Under the pieces are notes generated by a model. The model had not been told where the DNA came from. It was given only the letters and a program-made list of their open reading frames with translations, and made no database searches. Of a DNA stretch of 64,000 nt, positions 24,737 to 37,025 are shown piece after piece. Every line of letters begins with the position of its first letter. Position 1 is the stretch's first letter. Source of the DNA: Cyanophora paradoxa CCMP329 (taxonomy: Eukaryota > Plantae > Glaucophyta); assembly GCA_004431415.1 (NCBI GenBank), contig QPMI01000623.1, forward strand, positions 62,001 through 126,000, written 5' to 3'. The position numbers and the translations under genes were made by a program.

Positions 24737-26632
24737 TCAGTAGCGGCAGGCGCGCTTGATGGCGTCGAGGAGCTTGAGGTCGTCGGGGAGGTAGAGCATC
24801 TCGAAGACGAGGGGGAAGGGCGTGTCGTAGCCGCAGACGCGCGCCACGGGGGCCTCCAGGTGCGTGAAGCACTTCTCCTGGATCGTCGCCGCCAGCTCCG
24901 CCCCGAACCTGCCCCGAGAGGGGTCAGCCGCCGAGGCCGAATCGGCGCCGGCGATCGTTTGCAGTCGAGCAGACCCGCTCGTCAGCGGCGCCTCGTGCGT
25001 CACCAGCGCCCGCCCCGTCTTCTTCACCGACGCGACCACCTGCGCGCCGCCGGCCGGGGGGGGTCGGGCCTCGCCCGCGGCCCCCGGCGAGGGAGGCGCC
25101 GGGGAGGGCGGGCGGACCGTCGGGGCGTCCCAGGGCTGGAGGGTCTGGAGGTCGATGACCTCGACGGAGATGCCCTCGCGCTCCGCCATCGCCGCCGCCC
25201 GCAGCAGCACGTGCACCTGCGCCCCCCTGCGCCCCGCTCGACCCCGCCCTCGCCCCGGCCCCCGCCCCCCGCCCCGCCCCGCCGCCGGCCCGCACCAGGC
25301 GATGGCAGTGATATCCTTGCCGCTCCGCACGACCTCCGCCTTGCCCAGCGGCAGCTCAAAGTCCCCCTCGGGCACCTGCGCCGGGCGCCACGCCCTCGCG
25401 ATCAGAGCCTGCTCGGTGGCCGGGGCGGGTCGGGCGGGGCCGTCTGCGCGCCTCGGCGGTGGCCTGTCTGTACAGGATCTTGGGCTCGAAGAAGAGAACG
25501 GGGTTGGGGTCTCGGGCGGCGGCCACGAGCAGCCCCTTGGCCTGCAGCGGGCCCCGCGGGATGACGACCTTGAGGCCGGGGACGTGCGTGAAGAGACTTT
25601 CCGGGCTCTGAGAGTGGTACAGGCCCCCGTGCCCGACCTGCCCCGTCCGATTAGCGAGCCGGGCGCGGAACGAGGCCCTCTCGCCGCTCACCGCCCCGTA
25701 AGGGGCCCGGACGGTCAAGCCGCCGGCCTGTGGACTCGGGGCTCAGACGGCCGGACGAGAGAGCAGCTGCAGGGCGATAAGCGCACGTTGAACTCGTTGC
25801 CACTCCGGTACCGCATCTTCGCCGCCTCGTTGACGATCTGCCGCGCGGAGGGGCTCAGCGCGCTCAGCGCGCCGGGCTCAGAGCGCGCCGGGGGCAGCGG
25901 AGAGGAGGCGCACCTGATCGAATGCGGGATAAATGTAATCGGCAAACTGTACGACGAAAGTGAAAACTTGACCATGGGTTGATCACAGTTAAAACCTGAC
26001 CTGTATCTCCGCGAGGGCCGTGTGCCCGCAGGCCGCCAGTCCTACTGCAAAGCCGAGAATCCCTTGTTCAGAGAGCGGCGTGTTGAACACACGCTGTGGC
26101 CCGAAGCGCTGCGCGTCGTATATATGAGCGGGCCATGACACGATGCAGCGTGGTGGTAAAGCACCTCCCGGAGATCCGTCGTAGCTCTGAATACACCTCC
26201 GAAGGCCACGTCCTCACCAAAAATACAGGCTGTTGCGTCCGTCGCCCTGGATCGCACGTGGCTTCACTCCCCGAGGAGCGGACTGAAGGGCCGCTGAGAG
26301 ATAGAAGAAATTACTTACAGGACAGTGGCAAGCGCGCTGTTCACCGCCTGGACAGTCGTCATCTTAATAAGTTTCTGCGGGGTCTCTGCCGGCGGCGCGG
26401 CCGCCTCGGTCTCGTACGCCGGCTCTTCATGCTGCAATGCGACTGCAATCGCTGCGTTGCATCTCCGCTGCGCCCACGCCGCGCTCTGCGCTTCAAAGCT
26501 TACACCCCCGCCATGGCCTGCGCGGGCAGCAAACGGCGTTGTATGCACCCGCACGGTACCGTAGCGGGGGGAAGCGCGAAAACCAGAAAGGCGGGCCGCC
26601 TGCGCATGCAGCCCACGACCGAGCGCTAGCAT
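24737..26632 (-). CDS. BCKDHB: Branched-chain 2-oxoacid dehydrogenase E1 beta subunit, mitochondrial (multi-exon)
   Basis: [74 protein letters not shown] and [11 protein letters not shown], with an Arg-rich presequence. Confidence 0.96.
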
Positions 26633-26996
26633 CGGTAAGGTTTTGCGTACCCCGCTGCGTTGTGCCAGTTCTAGTATAAAAGGCGGCGCCAGCCATATGC
26701 GCAGCGGATCAATTTAATATTCAAGCCCCGGGCAGTTCACACGCAGCAAAGGCTTAATGCATCGATGACTGTGTCAGGAGAATGCCATGCGCATGTGATG
26801 GCTGTACACATGTGCAAGAAGAGGGGCGCTCGTGGCCGGGGGCGCTGACATAAGGCACGGACTGGGGGTTGTATGGGCCGACGGGGAAGCCACTGGCGCT
26901 CCACCACAAGCGTAGATGTCGCTTTCGACGTGCTGCAAACAACGCCGTGAGGACGGGATGCCAGCTGCAGAGTATCCGGACGCCTCTAACGCACCT

Positions 26997-28133
26997 CTAC
27001 TTGCGAGACTTCTTGTGCTTGGGGGAGGCGGCTGAGCTGGAAGAGCTGGAGGCGTCGCTCTTGTCCTTCTTTTTGTCCTTCTGCTTCTTCTTCTTTTTCT
27101 CGTCCCCGCTCGACTCCGATTCGCTGCCGCTGCTCGAACTGCTGCCACCCTTCTTCTTCTTGTCCTTCTTACCCTTCTTATCCTTCTTGGCGCCCTAGGG
27201 GACCCAAAGCGGTCAGCATTTGCCCCTCGCGGGCGGTGAGGCGCGCGCGTCTGTGCACCTTGCTGCTCGCCGACGACTCAGAGTCAGACCCGCTCGAGCT
27301 GGAGCCGGAGGAGCTGCTGCCGGAGCTGCTGCTGCTGCCCGAAGAGCTGCTGCCAGAGCTGCTGCTGCTGTCCGAGTCCGAGTCCGACGAGCTAGACGAG
27401 CTGGAGGACTCTTTCTTTCGCTCCTCCTTCTTCTTCCGCTTCGCTTCGGCCTTTTCACGCTTCTCAGCTATAACCTTCGCCTGAATGATCTCTGCATCCG
27501 TCGGCGGCGGAGGGTTGGCCTCAGCGCGCTGCCTTAAGCTCGGCTTTGCAAGTTGTTTTGATCTGCACCGATGAGCGCAAGCCGCAGAACGAAGTGAGCG
27601 CAAGCCGCACCTGGATGGACGGACATTATAGACACGCTCGTTCTTGCACTCGTACGTCCAGTGACCCGGCCTGCGGGAGCGATTCAGAGGAAGACCCATC
27701 TAGACCCCTGGCCTAGGTTGGAGAGTGGTACGAACTTCAGGCACTTCTGGCAAACTTGGGAGCCCTCCGATTTCGCCCCGATCATCGGGATGATGCTCTG
27801 GGCCTTCTCCGTGCTCATCGCTGCGAAGTACTTGTCTTAGCGTCGACTCGCCGACCCGGGGCGCCGACTCGCACCGTACATCTGTTGAAGCTGCTGGCGG
27901 CGCATTTGGAACTTGGAGATTCCCCATTCCTCCTGCGGATAGGCCGCTAAGCGCGGCGCGAGCGTGGGGAAACGCGTAGAGAGGCGGCGGACCTGTCCCA
28001 GCGCATTGACTGTTCTTCCCGACTGCTTTTGTGCTGCCGCTGCACGTAGGATCTGCGGCACGGAGGCTCGGACATCGCGCCCCGGGAAACGAACACAAAC
28101 GACAGCACGCCCAGGCACCTCTGCGGGATCCAT
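26997..28133 (-). CDS. ZCCHC10: Zinc-knuckle protein ZCCHC10 (plant-type N-terminus, Ser/Lys-rich tail)
   Basis: Spliced: RTVNALGQ|EEWG..QMYAMSTEKA..CQKCLK|PGHWTYECKNERVYNVRPSR|SKQL followed by poly-Ser. Confidence 0.85.
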
Positions 28134-28235
28134 CTATCGCGTCGGGCGTGCGTTCAAAATGTTGTACGCGTGCTGCGTTGCCGAGCGGCCTGCGGGCTGT
28201 TCTAGAGTGCTGTACCCAACGGAAAAAAAGAAGCG

Positions 28236-31200
28236 ATGTGGGCGCTGCGCGGCGTCGCCGGCTACTTGTTCGGCGTGAAGGGCGGAGAGGCGAAGCAGGA
28301 CACCTACAGCGTGCTCGGGCGGCTGTACGAGTTCGGCGGGTCCGGACGCGATGTCGTGCGCAAATGCCGGTAAGGGATGTGCCCCCCCGGTCTGGCGCGT
28401 GCTAATTAGCTGCGCAGCTTCCTCTCTTGCAAGGCCACAGCGGTCTCCACGGCCCGGGCGCACTCGTACGAGCTAGTCGTTGAAGAAAACAACGATGGTG
28501 CGGGCTTGCGAGCGCTCGCGCCAGCGTGTAGCCCCGTCGTAGCGCAGCTTGAAGAATGTTGACGCTGCAGCAGACAATAACGAGGCCGCGGGGCAGCTCG
28601 TTTTCGACCTTCTGCCGGGAGCAGACTTCACGCGCTGCAAGCCGGGAGACACGCTGGGATCGAAAGATAGTTTCGAATCCACTGCGTTCTCGTTCAGAGA
28701 CCTCGAGTGCGCATGCTCTGAGACGCTGTGCACCGCCGCTCGGCCGGCGCACATGTGACCGTTCTCGTTCCGCTCGCAGGGGCAAGCTCTTCGCCTTGGA
28801 GCTGGATGACGACTGCGCCGATCCTAACGTTTTCCATGACATCGTTTGCCGCTGCATTTGGGAGCGCGTGAACCAGCGTTCCAGCGAGCATGAACCGGCG
28901 GAGTCATGGCGGAAATACTTGAAGTGCGCATGGCTTTGCTCGAGTGGCCGTCTCTCTCGATTTGATTCGCATACAAAGGTCCGCCGATGCAGCTTCCAGC
29001 TCTTCCTCGCCCGCGCGGCCGAGCGCGGCGGCGTCCGCGGCTGGCGCCGGCCCCTCGTCCCCGGCGCGCCCCGTGGCGCTCACTGGTGACGAGATCGCAC
29101 GCTTCTCGGGAGATCTCTTCGCCCTGAATGCGGGTACGTTTGTCTTCGACCTCGCGGAGAAGGACATCCAGGTGGTCTTCTGCAAAGTGAAGCCGTTCGT
29201 CTGTGCGGAGTTCCCCCCCCGCCGCCCGCTCCGCTGCGCCGCCTGACCGCCGCGCAGACGACATGATCGTCTGCGGGCAGAGGAACCAGATCGTGACACG
29301 CGTGGGGAACGCGATGGCCGTGCAGTACCCTCAGGTGCGGTGGCGGCAGCGGTCGGCTCCTTTTCGTCCCTTTTCGAGCGGGTGGTGCAGGAGCACATAT
29401 CAGCGATCTGGACGCACATGGAGGGCCCGGTGATGTCGTACCACAGCGTCGTCTTCCCGAGCGCGGAGGCGCTGGATGCCTTCCAGCGGACCATCTCGGC
29501 GCTCCTCTACGAGACGGCCCGCAAGGAGGCGCTCGCCCCCGAAGACAACACCTTCGTCTTCGACGCCATGCGCGAATCCCTCGCCCGACCCGCCGGCGAA
29601 GTCCGCGAGGGTCCGGCCCCCCGCCCTGCCCCCGCGCCCTGCGCCCGCCCCCCGACCGGCGGCGCCGCAGACAAGCGCGAGTTCGACGCGACGCTGAGCG
29701 AGCACAAGCGGATGAAGCGGGAGTCGTGGGATTGGGCCAAGGACGAGGAGGAAGAGCCCGAGGAGGAGGAGGAGGAAGAGGTTCGACGCTTGCGCAGCCC
29801 GCGCCGGCCGCCGCGCAGTGGCCGAGTGCCCCCGCGCAGTCGGAGGAGGAGACGCCGCCGCGGCGGTCGGCGATCCGGGCCTCGGCGGCTGGGCGGCGGA
29901 GCTCCGTCCGCAACGGCGACTTCTTCGACACCTCCAAGTCCTCCAAGCTCGCCGTCGGGCCCGCCCCGCCCTTTCCCGCCCCGCCGCGCCCCTCGGGGCG
30001 CGGCGTGACGGTGCTGGGGGCAGGTACACTCACAACCGAACGGTGATGACGCGGGGGAACCAGATCGGCATCTTCAAGGAGGAGGACGACGACCTCTCGC
30101 ACGTCGCCACGATCAAGAACCTCCGCACCCCGCTCAAGGGCGCCTCCTTCACCCCGAGCAAGGCCCGCTCGCCCCGCCCCGCCGGGCGCGCCGGGCGGGC
30201 GCCGAGGCGGCGCAGATCATGATGTACAACAAGGACCAGGAGCTGCTGCTCCTCAGCGAGGCCCGCACGCGTCGCGCCGCGCGCCCTTCGTCCCCGACGC
30301 GCCCCCGCGCAGGAATCGAACGACAGCGTCTTCCGCCTCGACCTCAACCGCGGCGAGGTCGTCGAGGAGTGGGTGCGCGCCCCCGCCCCTCGCCCTTCGC
30401 GGCCGGCTCGGGGCGCGCTGGCAGGACTGAGCGCGGCGGGGCCGGCGAGCAGAAGGCGGGCAATGACATGGCTGTGGACCACGTCACGGGCGAGTCCAAG
30501 TTCTCCCAGATGGAGGCCGGCGGTGCGCGCGAGCGCCCTCCCCGCCGGCCCTCGCCGCGCGCTGACGGGCGGCAGGCAACCTCGTGGGCCTCAACTCGAC
30601 CACCCTCTTCAAGATGGACCCGCGCCTCTGGGGCACGAAGAAGGCCGTCGTCGTGGACGAGTCCGTGTGCGCTCGGGGGGCGGCGGCGGCGTGGCGCGGG
30701 GCGGGAGTGTGACGCCGGCGGGGCGCAGGAAGCAGTACAAGACGAACTACCGCTTCAACCTGGCGTCGACGTCGGCGTCGGGGAACTGCGTCGTGACGAG
30801 CGCCACGGGCGAGATGCGCCTCTACAACGAGATCGGGAAGATAGCCAAGACCCAGCTCCCCGGCCTCGGCGGTCCGCCCCGCCCCGCCCCGCTCCGCTCC
30901 GCTCGCCGGCGGCGGCTGAGTCGGGGCAGACCCGATCACGGGGGTGGACGTGACTGCGGACGGGAAGTACCTGCTCTGCACCACGGACACGTACCTCCTC
31001 ATCGTCCCCACAGAGGGCCCCGACGGCACCTCCGGCTTCAAGGCCCGCCCCCTCCGCCCCGCTCCGCCCCGGCCCCCGCTGCCTCCCGCCCTCTGACGTC
31101 GCTTCGCAGAAATCGCTGGGCCAGAACAAGCCGAAGCCCAAGAAGCTACAGATTTCTGCTGTGGACCGCGCCAAGTACGGCATCAAAAAGGCTTGCCCGC

Positions 31201-31704
31201 TCCCAGCCCCGCCTTGGACCCTCTAGCCTCGCGCGCCCCCTCACCGCGCGTGGATGCAGCTTCAATTCAGTGCAGCGCATTTCAACACGGGCCGGGACGC
31301 CTCCGAGGTGCGCAGCCGGCCGGCCGGTGGGCGGGCGGGGCGGGATGGGGCGGGGCGCCGGCAGGCTCACGGCAACCTCTGCAGGTGTCGATCGTGACAG
31401 CGACGGGCGCGTTCGTCATCACGTGGGACTTCCGCGCCGTCCTCAACAACAAGCTCGACGCCTACAAGGTCCACGCTCACCCACGGCCCCCACCGCGCAC
31501 CCGCCGCGCGCCCTCGCCTGACCCGGGCCTGGCGGCAGATCGTACAAATGGATAGCAAGGTGGTGGCAGACAGCTTCCAGTACAACCGCGACGACAAGGT
31601 GCGACCAGGCGGGCGCCCTGCTCTGGCGCCCCTCACGCCTGGTGGGCCCCCTGCAGGTCCTCGTCGCCTTGCCTACCGATGCCCGCATCCTCACCCGCAA
31701 GTAG
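28236..31704 (+). CDS. VID27: VID27/CYPRO4-family protein (many exons)
   Basis: N-terminus MWALRGVAGYLFG..GRLY. C-terminal propeller motifs LDLNRGEVVEEW, AKTQLPGLG|DPITGVDVTADGKYLLCTTDTYL, FNTG and IVTATGAFVITWDF. Confidence 0.9.
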
Positions 31705-32092
31705 CCAAAGTTGCCAGCCAGCACTAGCTATAGTGCGCGCTAGCGACTGTGCATGCCCCGGCCCCCTCTCCCCTTTGATCATGAATTCCCTGTTTCATGA
31801 TAAACGTTCCACTTCTCCCAATTGCAACCCCAGTGTTCTAGCTCTTGTGCCAAACTTGAAATGCTCGCGGTTTTGTCTGTCGTCAAGTGCTCGATCAGTC
31901 CAGACCACCAATTGCAAAGAGCACTGCGGCAATATTTAATTGCAATTGCGCATGCCGAGCACACCGAGCGGTCATACCCCCGCACCGAGCTCGACTCTGC
32001 TGCTCGAGTACTAGTCTAGATCTGCTCGACTAGTACGTACTCTGTCCCCGCTCGAGCAGCGCTAGCTGAACGCTGCGAGCCGCGTAATTAGG

Positions 32093-32674
32093 ATGAGCGA
32101 CGAAGAAGACCGCGTCGCGGGCCCGCCGCGCCCACCGAAGCGCGCGGCCCCGGACTCCGATAGCGATGCCGGAGACGACAGCGGAGACGATGCCGCTCAA
32201 GCTGGCCCCGCGGCCGCTCGGCCCGCCGCGGGGCCCGAGCGGCCTCCCGCGGGGCCCGCACGACCTCCTGCCGGGCCAGAGCGGCCTTTCGCGGGGCCCG
32301 CCCGCCCTCCCCCAGAGGCTTTCGCCGTCAGCGCCGACGAAGAAGAAGAAGCGCCGGCGCCTGCAAAGCGAGTCAGGCCCGCAAAGCTCGCGAAAGACTC
32401 GAGCGCGAGCTTCGCCAAGGCCAAAGGTTCGCTCTGCTCTCGCGTCCCGATGCGCTACTTGCTCAAGGACAGCCAGCTTCGCAGCTCAAGTTCAAGGACG
32501 GCAGCGTCGTGAAGGATGGCAAAATGTGAGGCCAGCGCTCGCATCCGCGTTCGATCTGCAGCTGACGACCATCGCAGCAAGAAGAAGAAGGAGAAGTCAG
32601 TCCTGGACGAGAAGTCCGCAACTGAGATCCTGAACGAGCGCTGCAAAAAGAAGCACGACAAGCACTGCCGCTGA
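32093..32674 (+). CDS. Small hypothetical protein with a 7-aa AGP(A/E)RP repeat and a basic Cys/His C-terminus
   Basis: MSDEEDRVAGP.., four to five 21-bp repeats at about 32200-32310, and a last exon EKSATEILNERCKKKHDKHCR*. Confidence 0.6.
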
Positions 32675-32957
32675 CGATATTCAGGTCCGTGCATAGCGAT
32701 AGCGCGAAGTAGTGAGCTCTGATGGACGTTCGCGCAGACCGTGCGCGGCGGGAACTGGGAAGGAAGCGCTGTGCATTTCAGAGACGACCGACAACATCTG
32801 GACTAGCCCTAGCAGCTGTTTGGCTAGCAGTGGGCCGCCGGTCGAATCCATGGGCTCAGTCAGATAGGCAAGTGACGTCGAAAATCGAAATCGAATACCG
32901 AAGCTCGAGATCGAAACCTAGGTCTACTTACCCTACGGGCTTAAGATCAAAAGATCA

Positions 32958-33221
32958 AAGGTGCGGGCCGTGCCCGGAGGCTCGCCCGTTCCCGCCACGG
33001 ACGTCGACTGGCCGCTAAGGGAGAGGAATGCCGCAGTGCTGCCCGAGGGGGCCGAAACCCCCACGACTCGGCGAGCCCCGGACCGGGAGACCGGTACCGG
33101 GGGGCCTCCCCCGCTCCCGAAGCCTTGAAGCGCTGTGCAGGAAGCGCACTGTGTTTTGAACGCCCTCCCGGTGACCAGCTAGTGTTTAATAACGAGGTCT
33201 TCGACTAGTACTCCCCCCCGC
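32958..33221 (-). ncRNA. Candidate structured non-coding RNA of unassigned family
   Basis: Nested helices: GCGGG/CCCGC, GUCGA/UCGAC, GCUGGUC/GGCCAGU, GGGAGGG/CUCUCCC, CAGUGC/GCACUG and GCUUCC/GGGAGC, plus a GGGGGU-UUCG-GCCCCC hairpin. The G-U pairs favour the minus strand. It is followed by UUUG..UUUU. Confidence 0.5.
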
Positions 33222-33786
33222 TTTTTGCTCACCTCAGGATGCATATGTGCAAGATGGGCCCGGCCGCGGGGTCTGAATTAACATGAGCGCGGCCCGGCGC
33301 GCGCGGACTCTGCGGCCTCCCTGCCTATCGAGGGGCTCCGGATTGGATCCGGTGCCCTTCTGTGCAGAATGCAGTGGGGTTCAAGAAGGTTTGGGAGGTC
33401 GGCGTCTGCCAAGCTGATGGGCCGGGGGCCGGGTTCAGCGGTTGTGAAGTTCACTTGTAAATGGATACGCTGCAATTGAAACACTGTGACATCTACTAGC
33501 TACGACATCGCAACGTTAACTGCAAGCAACTAGCGATAACGAATTCGAACTGGCCAACGCCTTAGCGAGAGCCCACGGCTGAGCCGCAATCTCTTGTTGC
33601 ACATGGCCCGCAGGCGCGGGCGCACGAGCCCCTCCTCGGTGCGAGACAGGGGGCGGTCCGTGCGGGCGCTGAGGCCCCCGCCTCCTCCGGCGAGGTGCAT
33701 GGTGCGAAGCCGGGAGAGAGCAGGGCAGAGAGATGTCGCGAGAAGTGGGGCGGGGGGAGGGCGATTGGTGCGGCGGACGACTCGAC

Positions 33787-36700
33787 TTAGCGCCGTTCTG
33801 TCTTCCCGAGACCGCGCTTTCCGGAGGAGAGATGCTTGGGCCTGCGGGGGCCGCGGCATTAGCGCGGGGGCCGCGGGGCGGGGGGCGGGCGCCGCACTTG
33901 AGGTCGGGGATGTGACGGTCGGCCTCGCCCTTGCGGGCGCCCTTGTTCATTCGCTTCTGCATCTTGCGGGCGAGGGTGATGGCCATCTCCTTCTGGGCCA
34001 CGTTCCGCAGGCCCTCCTTCTCCGGCCGCACGCTCGCGCTCCGGCTCCGGCTCCGCGCCGAGGGCGTCGAGCTCCGCCCGGCGTCCGCCCGGCTCTCCGA
34101 CCGGCCGCGCTTCTTGCCCGTGACGCGGGCCTCGGCGCCGGCCGACTTGGAACGCGACCGCGTCCTCGCGGTGCGCTGCGCCCCCTCCTCGTCCATTCCC
34201 ATCTCCGTGAGCTGCTTCTCCATGTCCTTCCGGCTCTGCACGAGCGTCGGCGCGCTGCGCACGAGGCGGGGCGGGGCGGGGCGGACCCTTCCGGTGCGCT
34301 TCGCGACGCGGGGGATGTCGGGGCGGTTCTTGTTCTTCTCCTCGCGGTGCGCCTTGACCATGAGCTTCTTCTTCGTCCGGATCTTCTCCAGCTGCTCCGC
34401 CTCCTCCTCGTCGAGCTGCGCGGCGGGCTGAGCGGATGCCGTTCCGCGCGGTGTGCGGGCGGGACAGGGGCGGGTGCGCACGTCGTCGTCGCCGTCGCTG
34501 AGCTCCTCGCTCTCAGCGTCGCCGCGGGCGTCGCGCTCCTCCTCCTCGCGCTCGAGGGCCTCGAGCTTCTCGAGGATGTCCGGGTCGATGAAGTCGAAGA
34601 CGTTGTGCCCGTCCATGATCTCCGGCACCACGTCGTACTTCCACTCGTCCGACTTGAGGTCGTACAACTCTGCGCGGCGAGGGCGGGCGTCAGGCCGCAG
34701 GGCGGGATGGGGCGCATGGGCCGCCTGAGCAAGGGGGAAAGTGGGAAAATCTAAAGAATGTTCCGCGATGGGTTTGTTCCAAGCATAACAGCCACAACGT
34801 GGCACTGCCCGAAAACAAGGAATCATCGTGGGTAGCCCGACCGGAACGCCCGGAGGCGCTCAACAGATCGGGCTCATTCTAGGACGTTTGTGCCGGCGAA
34901 CTATACACCAGACTCGCTCCCGCCCGAGGGCAGGTGCGTGGTGCCTCAGTCGCACTAGAGGGGCGAGGGCGGCCAGCGCCTCGCTTCCTCCCGTCCGTGA
35001 AATAGATCGATATCGGGAAACAGAAAGATCGAATTTGCTGGAAACGGCGAACGCACTGTTGAAGTCCGGCGAGTAGACTCCTGCACCGCCGTTCTCGAGC
35101 ATGAGGTCGCGTTCGAGCTTCCGCTTTGGCTTCTCCGCCTCGGACATCTGCATAGATGCCTTCACCGACTCCGGGATCACCGGCTCCCGAACCTGCGAAG
35201 CGCCTAATCAGGCCACAATACGAAAAGCACGCTGGCCCAGATAGATCTATCTGTCTATTTGAAAAGAATGTTCCGCGATGGGTTTGTTCCAAGCATAACA
35301 GCCACAACGTGGCACTGCCCGAAAACAAGGAATCATCGTGGGTAGCCCGACCGGAACGCCCGGAGGCGCTCAACAGATCGGGCTCATTCTAGGACGTTTG
35401 TGCCGGCGAACTATACACCAGACTCGCTCCCGCCCGAGGGCAGGTGCGTGGTGCCTCAGTCGCACTAGAGGGGCGAGGGCGGCCAGCGCCTCGCTCCCTC
35501 CCGTCCATGGAGGAAATTGCAAGAAAGGCAGCGCGTAAACCTGACCCGCCCCAATGCCTCGCACCTTGTCATCACGTGCTGTAGGCATGGCCACATGCAG
35601 GCGGTTCATAATCTCGTTCGACTTGCGTGCAGTAACCTTCTGCTCCACCCTCATCGCCAGGAGACGCTCGCACGCCTGCGCAAAAATTCAACAACCGCTG
35701 AAGCGCAAGCTCAATTTCTTTCTGCACCTTCTCCTTCACGGCGGAAATGCCCTCCTCGCTTGCGTTGGACATCTGCATCACGTCGACGTTGTCCGTGACC
35801 ATAGACTGCAGCAGCTTCTGATCGGATTCCCTCAGCTGATCCGGACGGACAAGGTCCACTTTGTTGATGACAACGAGGAGTGGCTTGTTTGCGAAAAGCG
35901 GCTTGATGTTCTGGAAGAGGGCGACCTGTGAAAGCGCGTCAGCTGGGAGCGGCAACAAATGTAGGCGCCAGGCGGACCTGATCCTTGATCGAGAAACCAC
36001 ACTGCTCCGATATGTCGACGAAGTAAAGGATGGCAGCACGCAAGTGGGCGAGGGCTGTGATAGACTGCATTTCGATAGTGTTGCGCTCCTCCAGCGGGTG
36101 GTCGAGAATACCGGGAGTGTCAATTACCTAACAAAAGACATTGTCAAGTAGAGCGGAAACAAGAAGTGCAGGCCGGCAAACCTGCCAACGCAAGTACTTG
36201 AAATCCATGTGTCCTACGTAGAGGGACTTGGTGGTGAAGGCGTACGGCTGGACCTCCACATTTGCGCGGGTAACCTTGTTCATGAAGGATGACTTGCCCA
36301 CGTTGGGGTAGCCGCAGACCAACAGGGTGCGGGTGTTCGGGTCGATCGAGGGCAACCGAGCCAGGTGCTGGCGGACTTGCTCGAGGTAGGCGAGACTCGC
36401 TTGCTGCTTGCGCATGAGCGTGCACATACTGTGCGGCGGCAGAAGGCGCAGGGTAAGCGACGAGGAGTTGTCGCGGAGCGATCGCGATCGCACCGGCCCA
36501 TCGCTGCGCGCTTGAGCTGCTTGCAGCGGTAGAGAGAATCTCCGTACTTCATGAGACGCACGTAGTCCTTGCCGATGTTCTCGATCAGCTTCTTGCATGT
36601 GTTGATTTGCCCCAAGGCGAGCTTGTAGTGGTCCTTGTCGTACAACACGTTCATGAGGTCGCCGTAGAACGGATGAATATCCTGCACAGATGTCATTCTT

Positions 36701-37025
36701 AGCCTCGATCGCACGGCGGCAGCGCGAAACAGACCTCGAGGCGAGGGAAGTCGGTCAGGATTTGCGTGAGCTTCTCATCGTAGTTCTGCGCGGTGTATTT
36801 GACCTTGCGCATGTAGAACTTGCGAATGCGGTTGATTGCATAGCCCTTGTGTACAACCTGCGCGTCGAAGGGACGGCGATCGCGCGACTCAGCGCGGGGA
36901 GCCGTGCAACGAGGCAGGGGCGCGCGTACGGTGGGCGTTTTCCTCTGGGTCTTGGACAGGACGATATCGATGAAGTCCTTGGCCGTGGGGACGGTCTGGA
37001 TCTTCTTGAACTGGTAGAGCACCAT
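33787..37025 (-). CDS. NOG1: Nucleolar GTP-binding protein 1 (60S biogenesis GTPase)
   Basis: [91 protein letters not shown] and the C-terminus [18 protein letters not shown]. Confidence 0.98.
34756..34996 (-). ncRNA. Intronic H/ACA snoRNA, U17/snR30-like, copy 1
   Basis: Lies in NOG1 intron 34670-35056 and ends ACA+3 nt. The 3' hairpin has an internal loop with GAUUCCU (m1-like) opposite AAACCCAU (m2-like). The 5' domain is closed by GGACG/CGUCC and followed by an H-like AGAAUGA. Confidence 0.75.
35266..35506 (-). ncRNA. Intronic H/ACA snoRNA, U17/snR30-like, copy 2
   Basis: Lies in NOG1 intron 35193-35564. Identical to copy 1 (offset 510 bp) except one base (34986 vs 35496), while the intron flanks are unrelated. 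Confidence 0.75.

Noticed and set aside
32924-32960. U1-like TACTTACC and U2-like GCTTAAGATCAA words
   Set aside because: No downstream U1/U2 stems, branch-pairing GTAGTA or Sm site.
32960-33226. Plus-strand RNase P/MRP or SRP RNA reading of the structured region
   Set aside because: The CR-I/CR-V and SRP helix-8/Alu motifs are not convincingly present, and several stems need G-U pairs that exist only on the minus strand.
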